From: Candidatus Saccharimonadota bacterium
GTDB taxonomy: Bacteria > Pseudomonadota > Alphaproteobacteria > Rickettsiales > Anaplasmataceae
DNA: 32,000 bases
Assembly: GCF_025021925.1 (NCBI RefSeq)
Contig: NZ_CP092368.1
Coordinates: 510,001 to 542,000 of the forward strand
Direction of reading: 5' to 3'
The translations under genes were made by a program, and so were the position numbers. Shown here piece after piece: positions 20,588-31,691 of this stretch; position 1 is the stretch's first letter, and each line of letters begins with the position of its first letter. The notes under the pieces were generated by a model that saw only the letters and a program-made list of their open reading frames with translations, was not told where the DNA came from and did not search any database.

Positions 20588-21603
20588 GCTCTATTTCTAC
20601 CATAGCATAATAGTACAATATCTAACATTCTGAGGGAAAAAGCCCATTCATTGTCATACCATGCTGCTACTCTACATACATCACCTGTAACATGAGTACC
20701 TCTTAAATCTATAATTGCACTATACGGATTATGAATGAAATCTATTGACACTAAAGGTTGATCACATGTAGATAAAACATGTGATAATATATTAAATTTT
20801 GTAGAGGAGAGTGAAAGATCTTGGAAGACTGCATTGATTTTTTTTACTGATACTTCTTGTGCAACAGTAAACGTAAAATCTACTAGAGATACATTACTTA
20901 CTGGTACTCTAATAGCAGTACCATCTATTTTGCCCTTTAATTCTGGAATAATATTGCCAATTGTTTTTGCTGCACCAGTTGTCGTGGGGATCATAGATAA
21001 ACCACATGCTCTAGCTCTGTATAAATCATGATGATTACCATCAAGGATATTTTGATCATTTGTATAAGCATGTATAGTAGTCATAAAACCACTTTTTATC
21101 TTGAAATGAGAATGTAGAATTTTTGCAATTATTGCAAAGCAGTTTGTAGTACATGATCCTGCTGATATTACTCTATGTTCTTGTGTGAGCATGTCATCAT
21201 TTACACCATAAATTATAGTGACATCAGAATCTAAAACAGGCGCAGAAATAATTACCTTTTGTGCATTATGTCTTATCGCTGCTGCACGATTATTAAATGC
21301 TCCAGTACATTCAAGAACCACATCAACATTCCAAGGAATATTTTTAGGGTCTCTTTCTCGATATATCAATAGCTTTTTATCATTGATAGATAACCAATTC
21401 TCATGATTATTAAAATGAATACGACCGTTAAATATACCATGCACAGAATCATATTTGATGAAATGTGCATGATGCTCAGCACTCAATGAGCCATTGACAG
21501 ATATTAATTCTATATGTTGGTTATATAATTCTATCTCATGAATAGCACGTAATATACTTTTTCCTATTCTACCAAGCCCATTTATTCCTACACGAATCTT
21601 CAT
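20584..21603 (-). CDS. gap: Glyceraldehyde-3-phosphate dehydrogenase
   Basis: MKIRVGINGLGRIGKS, active-site SAGSCTTNC, and WYDNEWAFS. ATG at 21603 fits the conserved N-terminus; the track start at 21615 is a TTG 4 codons upstream. Confidence 0.93.
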   Translation of the reverse strand: MKIRVGINGLGRIGKSILRAIHEIELYNQHIELISVNGSLSAEHHAHFIKYDSVHGIFNGRIHFNNHENWLSINDKKLLIYRERDPKNIPWNVDVVLECTGAFNNRAAAIRHNAQKVIISAPVLDSDVTIIYGVNDDMLTQEHRVISAGSCTTNCFAIIAKILHSHFKIKSGFMTTIHAYTNDQNILDGNHHDLYRARACGLSMIPTTTGAAKTIGNIIPELKGKIDGTAIRVPVSNVSLVDFTFTVAQEVSVKKINAVFQDLSLSSTKFNILSHVLSTCDQPLVSIDFIHNPYSAIIDLRGTHVTGDVCRVAAWYDNEWAFSLRMLDIVLLCYGRNRA

Positions 21604-21856
21604 GTTATCATACAAAACTCTTAATTATATAGAATATTACATTATTTATCATGATCTTCTATTATGTCTATATCTTTTTTTATATATATAATCTCTCTTA
21701 AAGAAAATTTCTCTTTTATAATGTGAATCTCTATTATCTTCTAAAAATTCTTATAGAGAGATTTTTCATGAAATTTAGCACTAACGAAGAGTATAAACTA
21801 AATAGAGGATTGAGAATTGCTATGCTTTATGTATGTTATGTGTATTAATTTTTAAG

Positions 21857-22312
21857 TTATGAGGAATGAGATAACTTTGTGATGATTGCTTTTCGCGCTA
21901 AATCATCAGCTTCCATATTATATTTGTTACCATTATGTGCTTTTACCCACTGCCAAGTGATTGAATTATGATATAATACGATATTATCTAATTCTTGCCA
22001 TAGTTTGATATTTTTTACTGACTTTTTATTACTTGTTTGCCAGCCATTTATTTTCCATTTTTTTATCCATTCTGTAATACCATATTTCACGTATAGACTA
22101 TCCGTGTATAAGGATATATTATGAGAACATTTTAATTCTTTGAGTCCATTAATTACAGCTGTTAATTCCATTTTATTGTTTGTAGTATTTTCTTCTCTGC
22201 CAGAAATGCATTCTTTATGATCGTAAAATAATATGATTGCTGACCATCCTCCTGATCTAGTTGTAGTAGAGCATGCACCATCTGTATATATTATAACTTT
22301 TTCTTTATTCAT
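21857..22312 (-). CDS. rnhA: Ribonuclease HI
   Basis: VIIYTDGAC, TNNKMELTAV, YTDSLYV and WVKAHNGNKYNMEADDLA give the catalytic DEDD pattern. ATG at 22312 yields 151 aa; 22339 is an alternative start. Confidence 0.92.
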   Translation of the reverse strand: MNKEKVIIYTDGACSTTTRSGGWSAIILFYDHKECISGREENTTNNKMELTAVINGLKELKCSHNISLYTDSLYVKYGITEWIKKWKINGWQTSNKKSVKNIKLWQELDNIVLYHNSITWQWVKAHNGNKYNMEADDLARKAIITKLSHSS

Positions 22313-22479
22313 TTTAAATATATACTTCGCATGTAACACGCTTCTAGAAAAAATAGAAAAAATTTTTTTTTAGATACTATCGCTTTTATATTATATCATA
22401 TAATGAAAAAATTATAATGACAATTACAATATAAATAAACAGTAGAACATACTATCTATTATTTATCATAAATTGATGG

Positions 22480-23337
22480 TTAACAGATAGTAATAGAGCA
22501 AAAAATAATACTACTAAATAGAAAAAATAAGTAAGAAATTGAGTAAACAAACATCTTTTGCTGTGCATTATAATCTCTATATTTCAGTACTGACATAGCA
22601 TGCCAAATAAACATGTAATTGACAAAAAAGATAAGACAAATATATATTAAAGGCTTTTTTAAGAATAGAGTCGGTAAAAAGCTTATTAATACTAATAATA
22701 TGCTATATTTAAAGATACAATTTCTTGTGCGTTCTGCACCATATACAATATTATACATTGGAATTGATGCATGTATATAATCTGACGATTTATTTAAAGC
22801 AAGTGACCAGAAATGCGGAGGAGTCCAGAAAAAAATGATAAGAAATAAAATAATACTTTCCCAACTAATAGAATTAGTAATAGATGCATATCCAATCATT
22901 GGAGGACAGGCTCCAGCAACACCACCAATCACAATATTTTGCGGAGAACTTCTTTTTAACCAAATAGTATATATAAAAACATAAAATAACATACTAAATG
23001 CTAATAAGCCAGAAGTAAGATAATTGACTGTTATTGCCATCATTAGTACTGAACAAATTCCAAGGATCGTTCCAAATGTAAGAGCTAGTATTGGAGAAAT
23101 CCTACCTGCAGGTATAGGTCTATTTTTAGTACGCTCCATCAATATATCTATATCTCTATCATACCACATATTGATAGCACCAACTGCTCCCGATCCAAGT
23201 GCAACACATGTAAGAGAGCTTATCACAAGTATAGAATTAAATTCTTCTTGTGTAGCAATCATGCCAGTCAATGTAGTAAACACTACAAGATATATTATTC
23301 TTGGCTTTATTAAATGCCATATATCAATGATAATCAC
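22480..23337 (-). CDS. ctaB: Protoheme IX farnesyltransferase (heme O synthase)
   Basis: [17 protein letters not shown] and [23 protein letters not shown] motifs, polytopic membrane profile. It sits downstream of coxA. Confidence 0.92.
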   Translation of the reverse strand: MIIIDIWHLIKPRIIYLVVFTTLTGMIATQEEFNSILVISSLTCVALGSGAVGAINMWYDRDIDILMERTKNRPIPAGRISPILALTFGTILGICSVLMMAITVNYLTSGLLAFSMLFYVFIYTIWLKRSSPQNIVIGGVAGACPPMIGYASITNSISWESIILFLIIFFWTPPHFWSLALNKSSDYIHASIPMYNIVYGAERTRNCIFKYSILLVLISFLPTLFLKKPLIYICLIFFVNYMFIWHAMSVLKYRDYNAQQKMFVYSISYLFFLFSSIIFCSITIC

Positions 23338-23382
23338 ATTATTTTATATAACATATAACATAATCTCCTCCTATACTCTTAA

Positions 23383-24930
23383 TTATATTACTGGTGGTAT
23401 ATCAAAAGAATGGAAAGGCGGAGGAGAAGATAATGTCCATTCTAAGGTATTAGCACCCCAAGGGTTATCTCCAGCTTTTGTACCATATTTAAAAAGATAA
23501 ATCACGACAAATAAAAAGAATATCACTGAAATAAAAGAAATATATGCACCAATTGAAGAAATATAGTTCCATAAAATAAAAGCATCTGGATAATCAGGAA
23601 TCCTTCTAGGCATACCAGCTAATCCTAGGAAATGCTGTGGTAAAAAAGTAATATTTGTACCAATAAAAGTGAGCCAAAAGTGAATTTGCCCTAAAGGTTC
23701 ACTATATTGCTTACCAGACATTTTACTAATCCAGTAATAAAATCCAGCAAAAGCTGCAAATAATACAGCAAGTGACATGACGTAGTGAAAGTGAGCAACA
23801 ACATAATATGTATCATGCAATACCTTATCTATTCCACTATGAGAAAGGGTGATCCCAGTGATACCACCACCTACAAACATAAATATAAAACCTAATGCAA
23901 AAAGCATAGGAGTTTTTAGCTCAATCGCTCCTCCCCACATAGTAGCAATCCAACTAAAAACTTTGACACCAGTAATGACACCTATAAAAGATGTTAGAAT
24001 GCTAAAAAAGACTTCTGCTGTAGCTCCTAGACCAACAGTAAACATGTGATGTGCCCACACTATAAAACCAAGTACTGCTATTCCTATCATAGCATACACC
24101 ATACCTATATAACCAAATATAGGTCTATGAGAAAAAGTTGATATCACTTGACTGATAATACCAAACGCTGGAAATATTATGATATACACTTCTGGATGAC
24201 CGAAAAACCAAAAAAGATGCTGAAATAATATAGGATCACCACCACCTGCAGGATCAAAAAAGGTTGTTCCAACATTACGATCAGTGAGTAGCATAGTAAT
24301 AGCGCCTCCAAGCACTGGTAATGCTACAATTAACATAAATGATGTGAGAAAAATAGACCACACAAACAACGGCATTTTAGTTAAACTCATACCTTGTATT
24401 CTCATATTTAATATAGTGACAATAAAATTGATTGATCCTATAATTGAAGAAATGCCAGCTATGTGTAACGCGAGTATTGCAATATCTACTCCAGCTCCTG
24501 GATGTGAATTAGGATATGATAATGGAGGATATAGAGTCCAACCAGTACCTGACCCTTCTCCTGTACATGCTGAAATAATTAATAATATAAACGAAGTACA
24601 TAGTAACCAAAAACTTGCATTGTTCATTCTAGGAAATGCCATATCAGGTGCTCCAATCATAAGAGGTACAAACCAATTTCCAAACCCTCCCATTAATGCT
24701 GGCATGATCATAAAGAAGACCATGATTAATGCATGACCAGTAATTAATACATTATATAATTGATAGTTATTATTTAGGATATTAATATGCATTAGCTGAG
24801 TACGAATTATAATAGATAATCCTCCTCCAATGATTCCTGCTAATATAGAAAAAATAATATATAATGTTCCGATATCTTTATGATTAGTAGATAAAAGCCA
24901 TCGTTTTATTCCTTTTGGGGTATTATGCAT
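23383..24930 (-). CDS. coxA: Cytochrome c oxidase subunit I
   Basis: [33 protein letters not shown] and [13 protein letters not shown] motifs. 515 aa. Confidence 0.97.
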   Translation of the reverse strand: MHNTPKGIKRWLLSTNHKDIGTLYIIFSILAGIIGGGLSIIIRTQLMHINILNNNYQLYNVLITGHALIMVFFMIMPALMGGFGNWFVPLMIGAPDMAFPRMNNASFWLLCTSFILLIISACTGEGSGTGWTLYPPLSYPNSHPGAGVDIAILALHIAGISSIIGSINFIVTILNMRIQGMSLTKMPLFVWSIFLTSFMLIVALPVLGGAITMLLTDRNVGTTFFDPAGGGDPILFQHLFWFFGHPEVYIIIFPAFGIISQVISTFSHRPIFGYIGMVYAMIGIAVLGFIVWAHHMFTVGLGATAEVFFSILTSFIGVITGVKVFSWIATMWGGAIELKTPMLFALGFIFMFVGGGITGITLSHSGIDKVLHDTYYVVAHFHYVMSLAVLFAAFAGFYYWISKMSGKQYSEPLGQIHFWLTFIGTNITFLPQHFLGLAGMPRRIPDYPDAFILWNYISSIGAYISFISVIFFLFVVIYLFKYGTKAGDNPWGANTLEWTLSSPPPFHSFDIPPVI

Positions 24931-24939
24931 TTTTCATTC

Positions 24940-25731
24940 TCACTCAATTCCTTTTAATTTTATATCTTCAATCCAATTATCAAACTCGTCTCTACTCACT
25001 GCTTCAACAACAATTGGCATAAATCCATGTCCTGGTCCACATAATTCATAACACTGACCGTAATAAGTGCCAGGAGTTTTGATATTAAACCAAGATTCAT
25101 TGAGCCTACCTGGAATTGCATCTATTTTTATACCAAACGCAGATATCCCCCAACTGTGTATTACATCTGCAGATATGATTTGTAATAGAATATTAGTATT
25201 CGTAGGTAAAATCACTTTATTATCAACGGATAGTAATTTCAGATCTCCTTCTTCGGTTAAATCATTTACATCTTTAAGATAGCTATTAAAAGATAGATTA
25301 TTATACTCTGGATAGAGATAACTCCAATACCATTGATGTCCTATTACTTTTAATGTAATATCTGTTTTTGGAATTTTATCTTGTAATATTATTAATTGTG
25401 CATTTTTGAATGATAATATTCCTATAATAATAGTAGGTATAATAAACCAAATTACTTCTAAAGCAGTGCTATGTGTAGTATTGCTAATATTCACGACTTT
25501 ACTTTTTCGAAAGCGAAATATTATATAAGCAATTAAAATCCATATGAATAACATAATGCTGATCATCACAATCATAACAAATGAATGAGCACTAATCACA
25601 TGTTCCATTATTTCAGTTGCAGGAGTCGGAAAACCAAACGTCCAAGTAGAAGGTTGCATGCCGCAGACTATATTAGAATATAAAGTAATTAATATAATAG
25701 GTAACTTACTCATAACTTTTGTCTGCACCAT
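24940..25731 (-). CDS. coxB: Cytochrome c oxidase subunit II
   Basis: CuA centre HSWGISAFG...CYELCGPGHGFMP, two TM helices. The start is uncertain. The signal-peptide-like MSKLPIILITLY begins at 25713 and an ATG also lies at 25731. The track's 25854 start adds about 41-47 low-complexity residues that look noncoding. Confidence 0.9.
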   Translation of the reverse strand: MVQTKVMSKLPIILITLYSNIVCGMQPSTWTFGFPTPATEIMEHVISAHSFVMIVMISIMLFIWILIAYIIFRFRKSKVVNISNTTHSTALEVIWFIIPTIIIGILSFKNAQLIILQDKIPKTDITLKVIGHQWYWSYLYPEYNNLSFNSYLKDVNDLTEEGDLKLLSVDNKVILPTNTNILLQIISADVIHSWGISAFGIKIDAIPGRLNESWFNIKTPGTYYGQCYELCGPGHGFMPIVVEAVSRDEFDNWIEDIKLKGIE

Positions 25732-25976
25732 AAGCAAAGTTGCATGATAAATGCTAATATATTTCACGATATTCTGCAAGAAGAGATTTATATTTGTATC
25801 GTATACTATCTTGAAAATATCATTTTCATGATAGTACAATTTATATTGATTCATATAAGATTTTGTATTTTAATGATTGTCATACTGATTATGAGGCGAT
25901 ATTAATAATCAAGAATACAGAATATTTTTAATTCAAAATTCTAATTTGTAAATTTGATATTAATTAGGAAGTGATA

Positions 25977-26711
25977 ATGTTTAGATTAGAAGGTAGAAAA
26001 TTTTTAATTACAGGTGCATCAGGTGGTATAGGTCAAGCAATTATTAAAATAATGCATGAAGCTGGTGCTACTTTATGTATTTCTGGCACAAAAAGAGAAA
26101 TTCTTGAAAAAATAGTAATGCAATATAAAAATAATATTGATATGTTACTGTGTAATTTATGTAATCTTGAAGAAGTCACTCAGCTAATAAGTAAGGCTAG
26201 TCATTTAATGAATGGATTTGATGGTCTAGTGTGCAATGCAGGAATTGTACAGGATAGTTCTATATTTAGGATGAATGATGATATATGGCAAAAAGTCATC
26301 GATGTGAATTTAACTGCTACATTTAAGCTTAATAAAGAAGCATCTAAAATACTTATTAAGAATAATTGGGGTAGAATTATTAATATTTCCTCAATTATTG
26401 CTTTGACTGGTAATGCAGGACAAGCTAATTATGCAGCTTCAAAAGCTGGAATCATAGCTATGAGTAAATCTATAGCACGAGAGGTAGCAAGTCGTAATAT
26501 CACTGTCAATTGTATTGCTCCTGGATTTATAGATACTAATATCATTCAAATGCTCAGTATCGAACATAAGAAGAAAATATTAGATAATATTCCTATGAAA
26601 AGGATGGGTACAGGAGAAGAAGTAGCATATGGAGTATTATTTTTAGCAAGTGATGAAGCAAAATATATTACAGGATTTGTATTAAATATAAATGGAGGAT
26701 TATTTATGTAG
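25977..26711 (+). CDS. fabG: 3-oxoacyl-[acyl-carrier-protein] reductase
   Basis: LITGASGGIGQAI, NAG and YAASKAG motifs (SDR family), collinear with E. coli FabG from MFRLEGRK. AGGAAG Shine-Dalgarno precedes the ATG at 25977; the track GTG at 25971 lies 2 codons upstream. Confidence 0.9.
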   Translation: MFRLEGRKFLITGASGGIGQAIIKIMHEAGATLCISGTKREILEKIVMQYKNNIDMLLCNLCNLEEVTQLISKASHLMNGFDGLVCNAGIVQDSSIFRMNDDIWQKVIDVNLTATFKLNKEASKILIKNNWGRIINISSIIALTGNAGQANYAASKAGIIAMSKSIAREVASRNITVNCIAPGFIDTNIIQMLSIEHKKKILDNIPMKRMGTGEEVAYGVLFLASDEAKYITGFVLNINGGLFM

Positions 26712-26769
26712 AATCAAATAATACTATATCTCTGTAGATCCCCTTATTCATTTATTTTTGATATGTAAG

Positions 26770-27408
26770 TTATTCAGATTGTATATTATTTAAGTAATAG
26801 ACTATTGTATCAATAGTAGTAAATTTAATGTTATGAAGTTGCGAAAAAGCAAATATTTCAGGTAAACGCATCATAGTACCATTATCATTAATTAATTCAC
26901 ATCCTACTGCTGCTTGAGTATATCCTGCTAACTTTGCTATTTCAACACTTGCTTCAGTATGTCCTCTTCTTACTAAGACTCCTCCATCATTTGCAATAGT
27001 AGGAAAAACATGTCCTGGTGTAATAATATCATCTTGAGTGCTTTGATCATTAATAGCAATATGTATAGTATGAGTTCTATCATATGCAGATACTCCAGTT
27101 GTAATACCAAAACGCGCATCAATTGAAGTAGTAAATGCAGTATGATGTACTTGATTTTCTACATTAGTCTGATGCATAAATCCAAGATTGAGTTTAATCA
27201 TATGTAACTTAGTCATAGCTAAAAATACTATACCAGTACCATATCTAATCATAAAAGCCATATGTTTTGGAGTGATTTTATCTGCTAATATAATAAGATC
27301 CCCTTCATTTTCTCTATTTTCATCATCTACTATAATAAATAATTTACCTGCAATTGCTTCATCTAATATATCTGTAATCGAAGAAATTGATGTTCTAAAA
27401 TTAGTCAT
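26770..27408 (-). CDS. ribB: 3,4-dihydroxy-2-butanone 4-phosphate synthase (monofunctional)
   Basis: IIVDDENRENEGDLI and RRGHTEASVEIAKLAG motifs. No GTP cyclohydrolase II domain is attached. ATG at 27408 (212 aa) avoids the overlap with greA that the track's 27489 start implies. Confidence 0.9.
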   Translation of the reverse strand: MTNFRTSISSITDILDEAIAGKLFIIVDDENRENEGDLIILADKITPKHMAFMIRYGTGIVFLAMTKLHMIKLNLGFMHQTNVENQVHHTAFTTSIDARFGITTGVSAYDRTHTIHIAINDQSTQDDIITPGHVFPTIANDGGVLVRRGHTEASVEIAKLAGYTQAAVGCELINDNGTMMRLPEIFAFSQLHNIKFTTIDTIVYYLNNIQSE

Positions 27409-27445
27409 GAGAATTAAAATATAATTTGATCTTATGCATATAGTA

Positions 27446-27943
27446 TTACTTAAATTCAACTTTAATGACTTTGTATAATTTCTCTCCACTAGGCACTGTT
27501 ACTTCAACATCATCTCCTACTCTTTTACCTATTAAAGCACTACCTATAGGGGAGTGAATTGAGATTAAATTATTTGCAATATCAACTTCATATTCACCGA
27601 CTATCTTATAAATATATTCTATAATCTTTGTATCATCATTTAGTATTCTCAATGTTACAGTTGCACCAAACATAATAATATCACCAGATAAATTATTTAT
27701 TTCTATAACTTCAGCATGTGCGATTTTATGTTCTAACTCTATAATACGACCTTCAATAAAGCCTAATTTTTCTCGCGCTGCGTGATATTCTGCATTCTCA
27801 GATAAATCACCTTGATCACGAGAGTCAGAAATAGATTGAATAATATGAGGCTTTTCTTCTTTTATCTTTGCAAGCTCATTATACATATTCTGCAAACCTT
27901 CCTGTGTAATAGGAAATCTATGAATAATCGAAAAATGCATCAT
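27446..27943 (-). CDS. greA: Transcription elongation factor GreA
   Basis: PITQEGLQNMYNEL...DLSENAEYHAAREK...SPIGSALIGKRVGD. ATGs lie at 27943 and 27940; the track start at 27952 is a TTG. Confidence 0.9.
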   Translation of the reverse strand: MMHFSIIHRFPITQEGLQNMYNELAKIKEEKPHIIQSISDSRDQGDLSENAEYHAAREKLGFIEGRIIELEHKIAHAEVIEINNLSGDIIMFGATVTLRILNDDTKIIEYIYKIVGEYEVDIANNLISIHSPIGSALIGKRVGDDVEVTVPSGEKLYKVIKVEFK

Positions 27944-27955
27944 AAGACCCAAAAA

Positions 27956-29497
27956 CTATAAGCGATTAAAATTAGTAACAAAATTTTGCATAGTATTATC
28001 AATCTTCTTCTTTATATCATCAGTGATTTCATTTGACAACTGCTTTAACATCTCAGGATATAAAGTATGAAAATATTCAATAAATTCATACGTGAATTTA
28101 GTAATCTCTTGTATTTGAATTTGACTTAAAAGATTATATAAGTTAGAAAAAATATACATAATCAAAATTTGTTCTTCTATGGGCATAGTGATATGTTGTT
28201 TTTGTTTTAATAATTCAACTAGATATTGACCTTTATTTAGGGCAAGTTGTAGACTAATATCTAGTTCAGAACCAAATTTTGAAAAATCCTCTAATTCTTT
28301 ATATTGAGCTAAACTAAGTTTTATAGAGCCAGCAACTTGTTTTACACAAGATAATTGTGCTGCAGATCCAACCCTAGACACAGATAAACCTATATTTACA
28401 CTAGGGCGAAAACCTTTATGAAAAAGTTCTGTATCAAGAAAGATTTGTCCATCAGTAATTGAAATAACATTTGTTGGTATATATGTAGATACATCACCAG
28501 CTTGCGTTTCTACAATTGGTAAAGCAGTTAATGAGCCATTTCCTTTAAGATCAGACATTTTAGCAGCTCTTTCAAGTAAGCGCGCATGTACATAGAAGAT
28601 ATCTCCAGGATATGCTTCACGTCCAGGAGAATATCTTAAAAGTAGTGACATCTGGCGATATGATATAGCATGTTTAGATAAATCATCATAGACTACTAGA
28701 GCGTGCATTCCATTATCACGAAAATACTCTCCAATAGTACAACCAGCATACGGTGCTAAGAATTGCATAGGCGCACTTTCAGATGCACCTGATACAACTA
28801 CAGTTGTATATTCAAGCGCTCCACTTTCTTTTAACTGATTTACTATTTTTGCAACTGTGGAAATTTTTTGCCCAATAGCAACATAAATACAGTACATTTT
28901 TTGTTTTTTCTCTACTTGATCATTAATAATTTTCTGATTGATTATAGTATCAAGTGCAATAGTTGTCTTACCAATTTGTCTATCTCCAATAATCAATTCT
29001 CTCTGTCCTCTACCTATTGGTACTAGTAAATCAATAATTTTAATTCCTGTTTGTAATGGTTCATGAACAGAAGTACGATCAATAATACCAGGAGCTTGAG
29101 CTTCTATGTTCATCTTATTGAAAGTTTTTATCTCTCCTAATCCATCTATAGGTTCTCCTAATGCATTGACTACTCTGCCTAATAATTCAAAACCTACAGA
29201 AATTTGAATCACATCACCACTGCACTTTATTGTATCACCTTCCTGGATATCTAGATCATGACCAAGTATTGCTATACTAGATATGTCATGATTTAAATCA
29301 AGTACTATGCCATTTAGTCCATTCTCAAAACATACTTTCTCGCCAAATTTTGCTTGATCCATACCGTATACTAATGCAATTCCATCAGTTACGGAAATTA
29401 CCTCTCCTATATTTTGATGTTCTATGGGATAGTTAAATTCTTGAACTTTTTTTCGTATTATATTAACTATTTCAGAGCTATTAATATTAGTGTTCAT
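27956..29497 (-). CDS. atpA: F0F1 ATP synthase subunit alpha
   Basis: Walker [30 protein letters not shown] and ITDGQIFL motifs. 513 aa. Confidence 0.97.
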   Translation of the reverse strand: MNTNINSSEIVNIIRKKVQEFNYPIEHQNIGEVISVTDGIALVYGMDQAKFGEKVCFENGLNGIVLDLNHDISSIAILGHDLDIQEGDTIKCSGDVIQISVGFELLGRVVNALGEPIDGLGEIKTFNKMNIEAQAPGIIDRTSVHEPLQTGIKIIDLLVPIGRGQRELIIGDRQIGKTTIALDTIINQKIINDQVEKKQKMYCIYVAIGQKISTVAKIVNQLKESGALEYTTVVVSGASESAPMQFLAPYAGCTIGEYFRDNGMHALVVYDDLSKHAISYRQMSLLLRYSPGREAYPGDIFYVHARLLERAAKMSDLKGNGSLTALPIVETQAGDVSTYIPTNVISITDGQIFLDTELFHKGFRPSVNIGLSVSRVGSAAQLSCVKQVAGSIKLSLAQYKELEDFSKFGSELDISLQLALNKGQYLVELLKQKQHITMPIEEQILIMYIFSNLYNLLSQIQIQEITKFTYEFIEYFHTLYPEMLKQLSNEITDDIKKKIDNTMQNFVTNFNRL

Positions 29498-30054
29498 AGT
29501 AATTCCTTATTTTTTAATATTTCAGTTTGACTTAAGTGAACTAATCTCTTTAAATAGCTTTTTAATGAGCGATCTATTAAGTAGGAATTATATCTTACTA
29601 TAAAACCACCTAGTATAGTAGGATTAATTACATTACTCACTTTTGTAATAACACCAAGAAACGTGAGAGATTCAGTAATCAACTGAATATCAGATTTATT
29701 TAATAAAACTGCAGATATAATAATAATTTCAAATTCGTTTTGACTATTTCGTACAAAATATAGGAACTTTTCTAATATCGCAAGTAATAAATTAAATCTC
29801 TTATTTATACAGACAATTATAATAAACTTGATAAATTGATCACTAATATATTGCTTGAGAATCAAGATAAGTTCTTGTTTCATTGTATAAGATATTCTAG
29901 GATGAGATAAAAAATGAAAAATATCATCTTGATTACGTAAAAAATGTAATAGCATTTTTGCTTCTTGTTTATATATCTCTAATTGATATTTTGATATTTC
30001 AAATAAGATATTTGCATATGAGGTAATCAAGTAATGAGCTTGAATGTTATTCAT
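29494..30054 (-). CDS. atpH: F0F1 ATP synthase subunit delta (OSCP)
   Basis: The position immediately upstream of atpA with an ATGA overlap, the size (186 aa), and the C-terminal OSCP-like [25 protein letters not shown]. Confidence 0.85.
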   Translation of the reverse strand: MNNIQAHYLITSYANILFEISKYQLEIYKQEAKMLLHFLRNQDDIFHFLSHPRISYTMKQELILILKQYISDQFIKFIIIVCINKRFNLLLAILEKFLYFVRNSQNEFEIIIISAVLLNKSDIQLITESLTFLGVITKVSNVINPTILGGFIVRYNSYLIDRSLKSYLKRLVHLSQTEILKNKELL

Positions 30055-30166
30055 AATTGTGAACCTATAAATATTATATATCAGAATTAAATTAAATATT
30101 AATGACTCACTTGCATAAAGATTTTTGCATTAGTGATGAAGATATAAAGTGTAATGAAATAGGAAA

Positions 30167-30577
30167 TTATGTTATCTCATGAGTCTTATTATAAGATTTT
30201 CCTTTTGCTAAAATATCTCTCTCTACTAGCTCAATCACTGCCATTTTAGCACAATCACCTTTTCTTATATTAAACTTAATGATTCGAGAGTACCCTCCTG
30301 GACGATTGTGATAACGCTCTGCCATAACATGTAATAATTTATTAACTACTAACTTATTATTATGCAAGCGTGATAGCAAAAGTCTTCTGCCATATAAAGA
30401 AGACTTATTTTTAGCAATTGTAATCAATTTTTCGATATATGGACGTAATATTCTAGCCTTTGATAAAGTAGTTATAATTTGCTCATGATTGATTAAGGAA
30501 ATAGAGAGATTTTTTAACATAGATAATCTATGTTGAGTAAATCTGGAAAGTTTTCTTGTTCTTATACCATGTCTCAT
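30167..30577 (-). CDS. rplQ: 50S ribosomal protein L17
   Basis: MRHGIRTRKLSRFTQHR.SMLKNL...L..HE.I.TT..KA and GGYSRI motifs. It sits downstream of rpoA. Confidence 0.95.
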   Translation of the reverse strand: MRHGIRTRKLSRFTQHRLSMLKNLSISLINHEQIITTLSKARILRPYIEKLITIAKNKSSLYGRRLLLSRLHNNKLVVNKLLHVMAERYHNRPGGYSRIIKFNIRKGDCAKMAVIELVERDILAKGKSYNKTHEIT

Positions 30578-30593
30578 ATATTACCTAATTGCA

Positions 30594-31670
30594 TCATCTA
30601 TCTTCATCAGCATGTTGTTTAGCCAATTCCTCTATATCATTAGGTGGCCAGTTTGGTATAGAAATACCTAAAGATAATCCAAAATTACTTAATACTGCTT
30701 TAATCTCATTAAGAGATTTTCTACCAAAATTAGCAGTCCTTAACATTTCACTTTCTGTTTTTTGTACAAGATCACCAATATAAGTAATCTTTTCGTTTTT
30801 TAAACAATTATGAGATCTTACAGATAATTCCATCTCATCTACTTTGCGTAAAAATACTGGATCATACCCTAAATCTTTAGTAGCGATATTATAATAAGAA
30901 GAGGCATGAGAAAATCTATAAGAAGGATCAGCCATAATAAATGGTTGTAATTGTTCTTGCAATATTTTAGCAGAATAATCAAGAGCTTGAATCGGTGAAA
31001 TTGTACCATCAGTTTCAATTGAAAAGATTAATTTATCTTTATCCGTCACTTGACCAACTCGACTGTTCTCTATTTTGTAAGATACTCTTTTAATAGGGCT
31101 ATATAATGCATTCACAGGAATAAAATTCACTCTATCTTGCTCATGAATAAATTTTAAAAATTCATTCTCTTTATATCTTGATACAGGTAAATAACCCTTA
31201 CCTCTCGATACATATATTCTCATATTAAAATCTATTTCTTCTCCTAGAGTACATATAAGCAATTTTTTATTCATGATAACGCATTGAGTATCTATATCTA
31301 TCATACTTGCAAATACCTGACAAGGACCCTTAGCATGTAAAGTGAGAGTAGTATGAGAGATATCATGCAATTGACATCTCAGCATGCTTATATTGAGTAT
31401 GATATCAGTGATATCTTCTCTCACGCCTTGCAGTGAAGTAAATTCATGAGAAATTCCTTCAATATTCACGCCATACACAGCATTTCCTTTGAGTGAGGAT
31501 AACATCACGCGCCTTAATGCATTTCCTAAAGTTAACGCAAAGCCACTTTCCAGTGGTTCTAATATGACATCACTTTTTTCAATAGCATCACCTGAAATAA
31601 CTTTAATTGCACTCGGTTGAGTTAATCTATCTAAACTGTGAGAGATAATCGTTTCATTGTTATTATGCAT
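30594..31670 (-). CDS. rpoA: DNA-directed RNA polymerase subunit alpha
   Basis: [23 protein letters not shown] (N-terminal domain) and [25 protein letters not shown]...[11 protein letters not shown] (C-terminal domain). Confidence 0.96.
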   Translation of the reverse strand: MHNNNETIISHSLDRLTQPSAIKVISGDAIEKSDVILEPLESGFALTLGNALRRVMLSSLKGNAVYGVNIEGISHEFTSLQGVREDITDIILNISMLRCQLHDISHTTLTLHAKGPCQVFASMIDIDTQCVIMNKKLLICTLGEEIDFNMRIYVSRGKGYLPVSRYKENEFLKFIHEQDRVNFIPVNALYSPIKRVSYKIENSRVGQVTDKDKLIFSIETDGTISPIQALDYSAKILQEQLQPFIMADPSYRFSHASSYYNIATKDLGYDPVFLRKVDEMELSVRSHNCLKNEKITYIGDLVQKTESEMLRTANFGRKSLNEIKAVLSNFGLSLGISIPNWPPNDIEELAKQHADEDR

Positions 31671-31691
31671 ATAAATTTCCTATACTCTAAC

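Noticed and set aside
21775-21801. Half of a CIRCE heat-shock operator: TTAGCACTA matches 8/9 of TTAGCACTC, followed by a 9-nt spacer.
   Set aside because: The right half (ATAAACTAA) matches only 4/9 of GAGTGCTAA. The site is upstream of gap, not a chaperone gene. A single 8/9 half-site is expected by chance a few times in this much sequence.
23024-23500. 158-aa plus-strand ORF antisense to the ctaB start and coxA end. There are also 150-aa (24284-24736) and 66-aa (23849-24049) ORFs antisense to coxA. Long stop-free antisense frames are surprising in such AT-rich DNA.
   Set aside because: They sit opposite highly conserved, codon-biased membrane-protein genes rich in G/P/A/I codons, whose complement avoids stops. 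They have no recognisable family, no Shine-Dalgarno and no start context. This is the classic shadow-ORF explanation.
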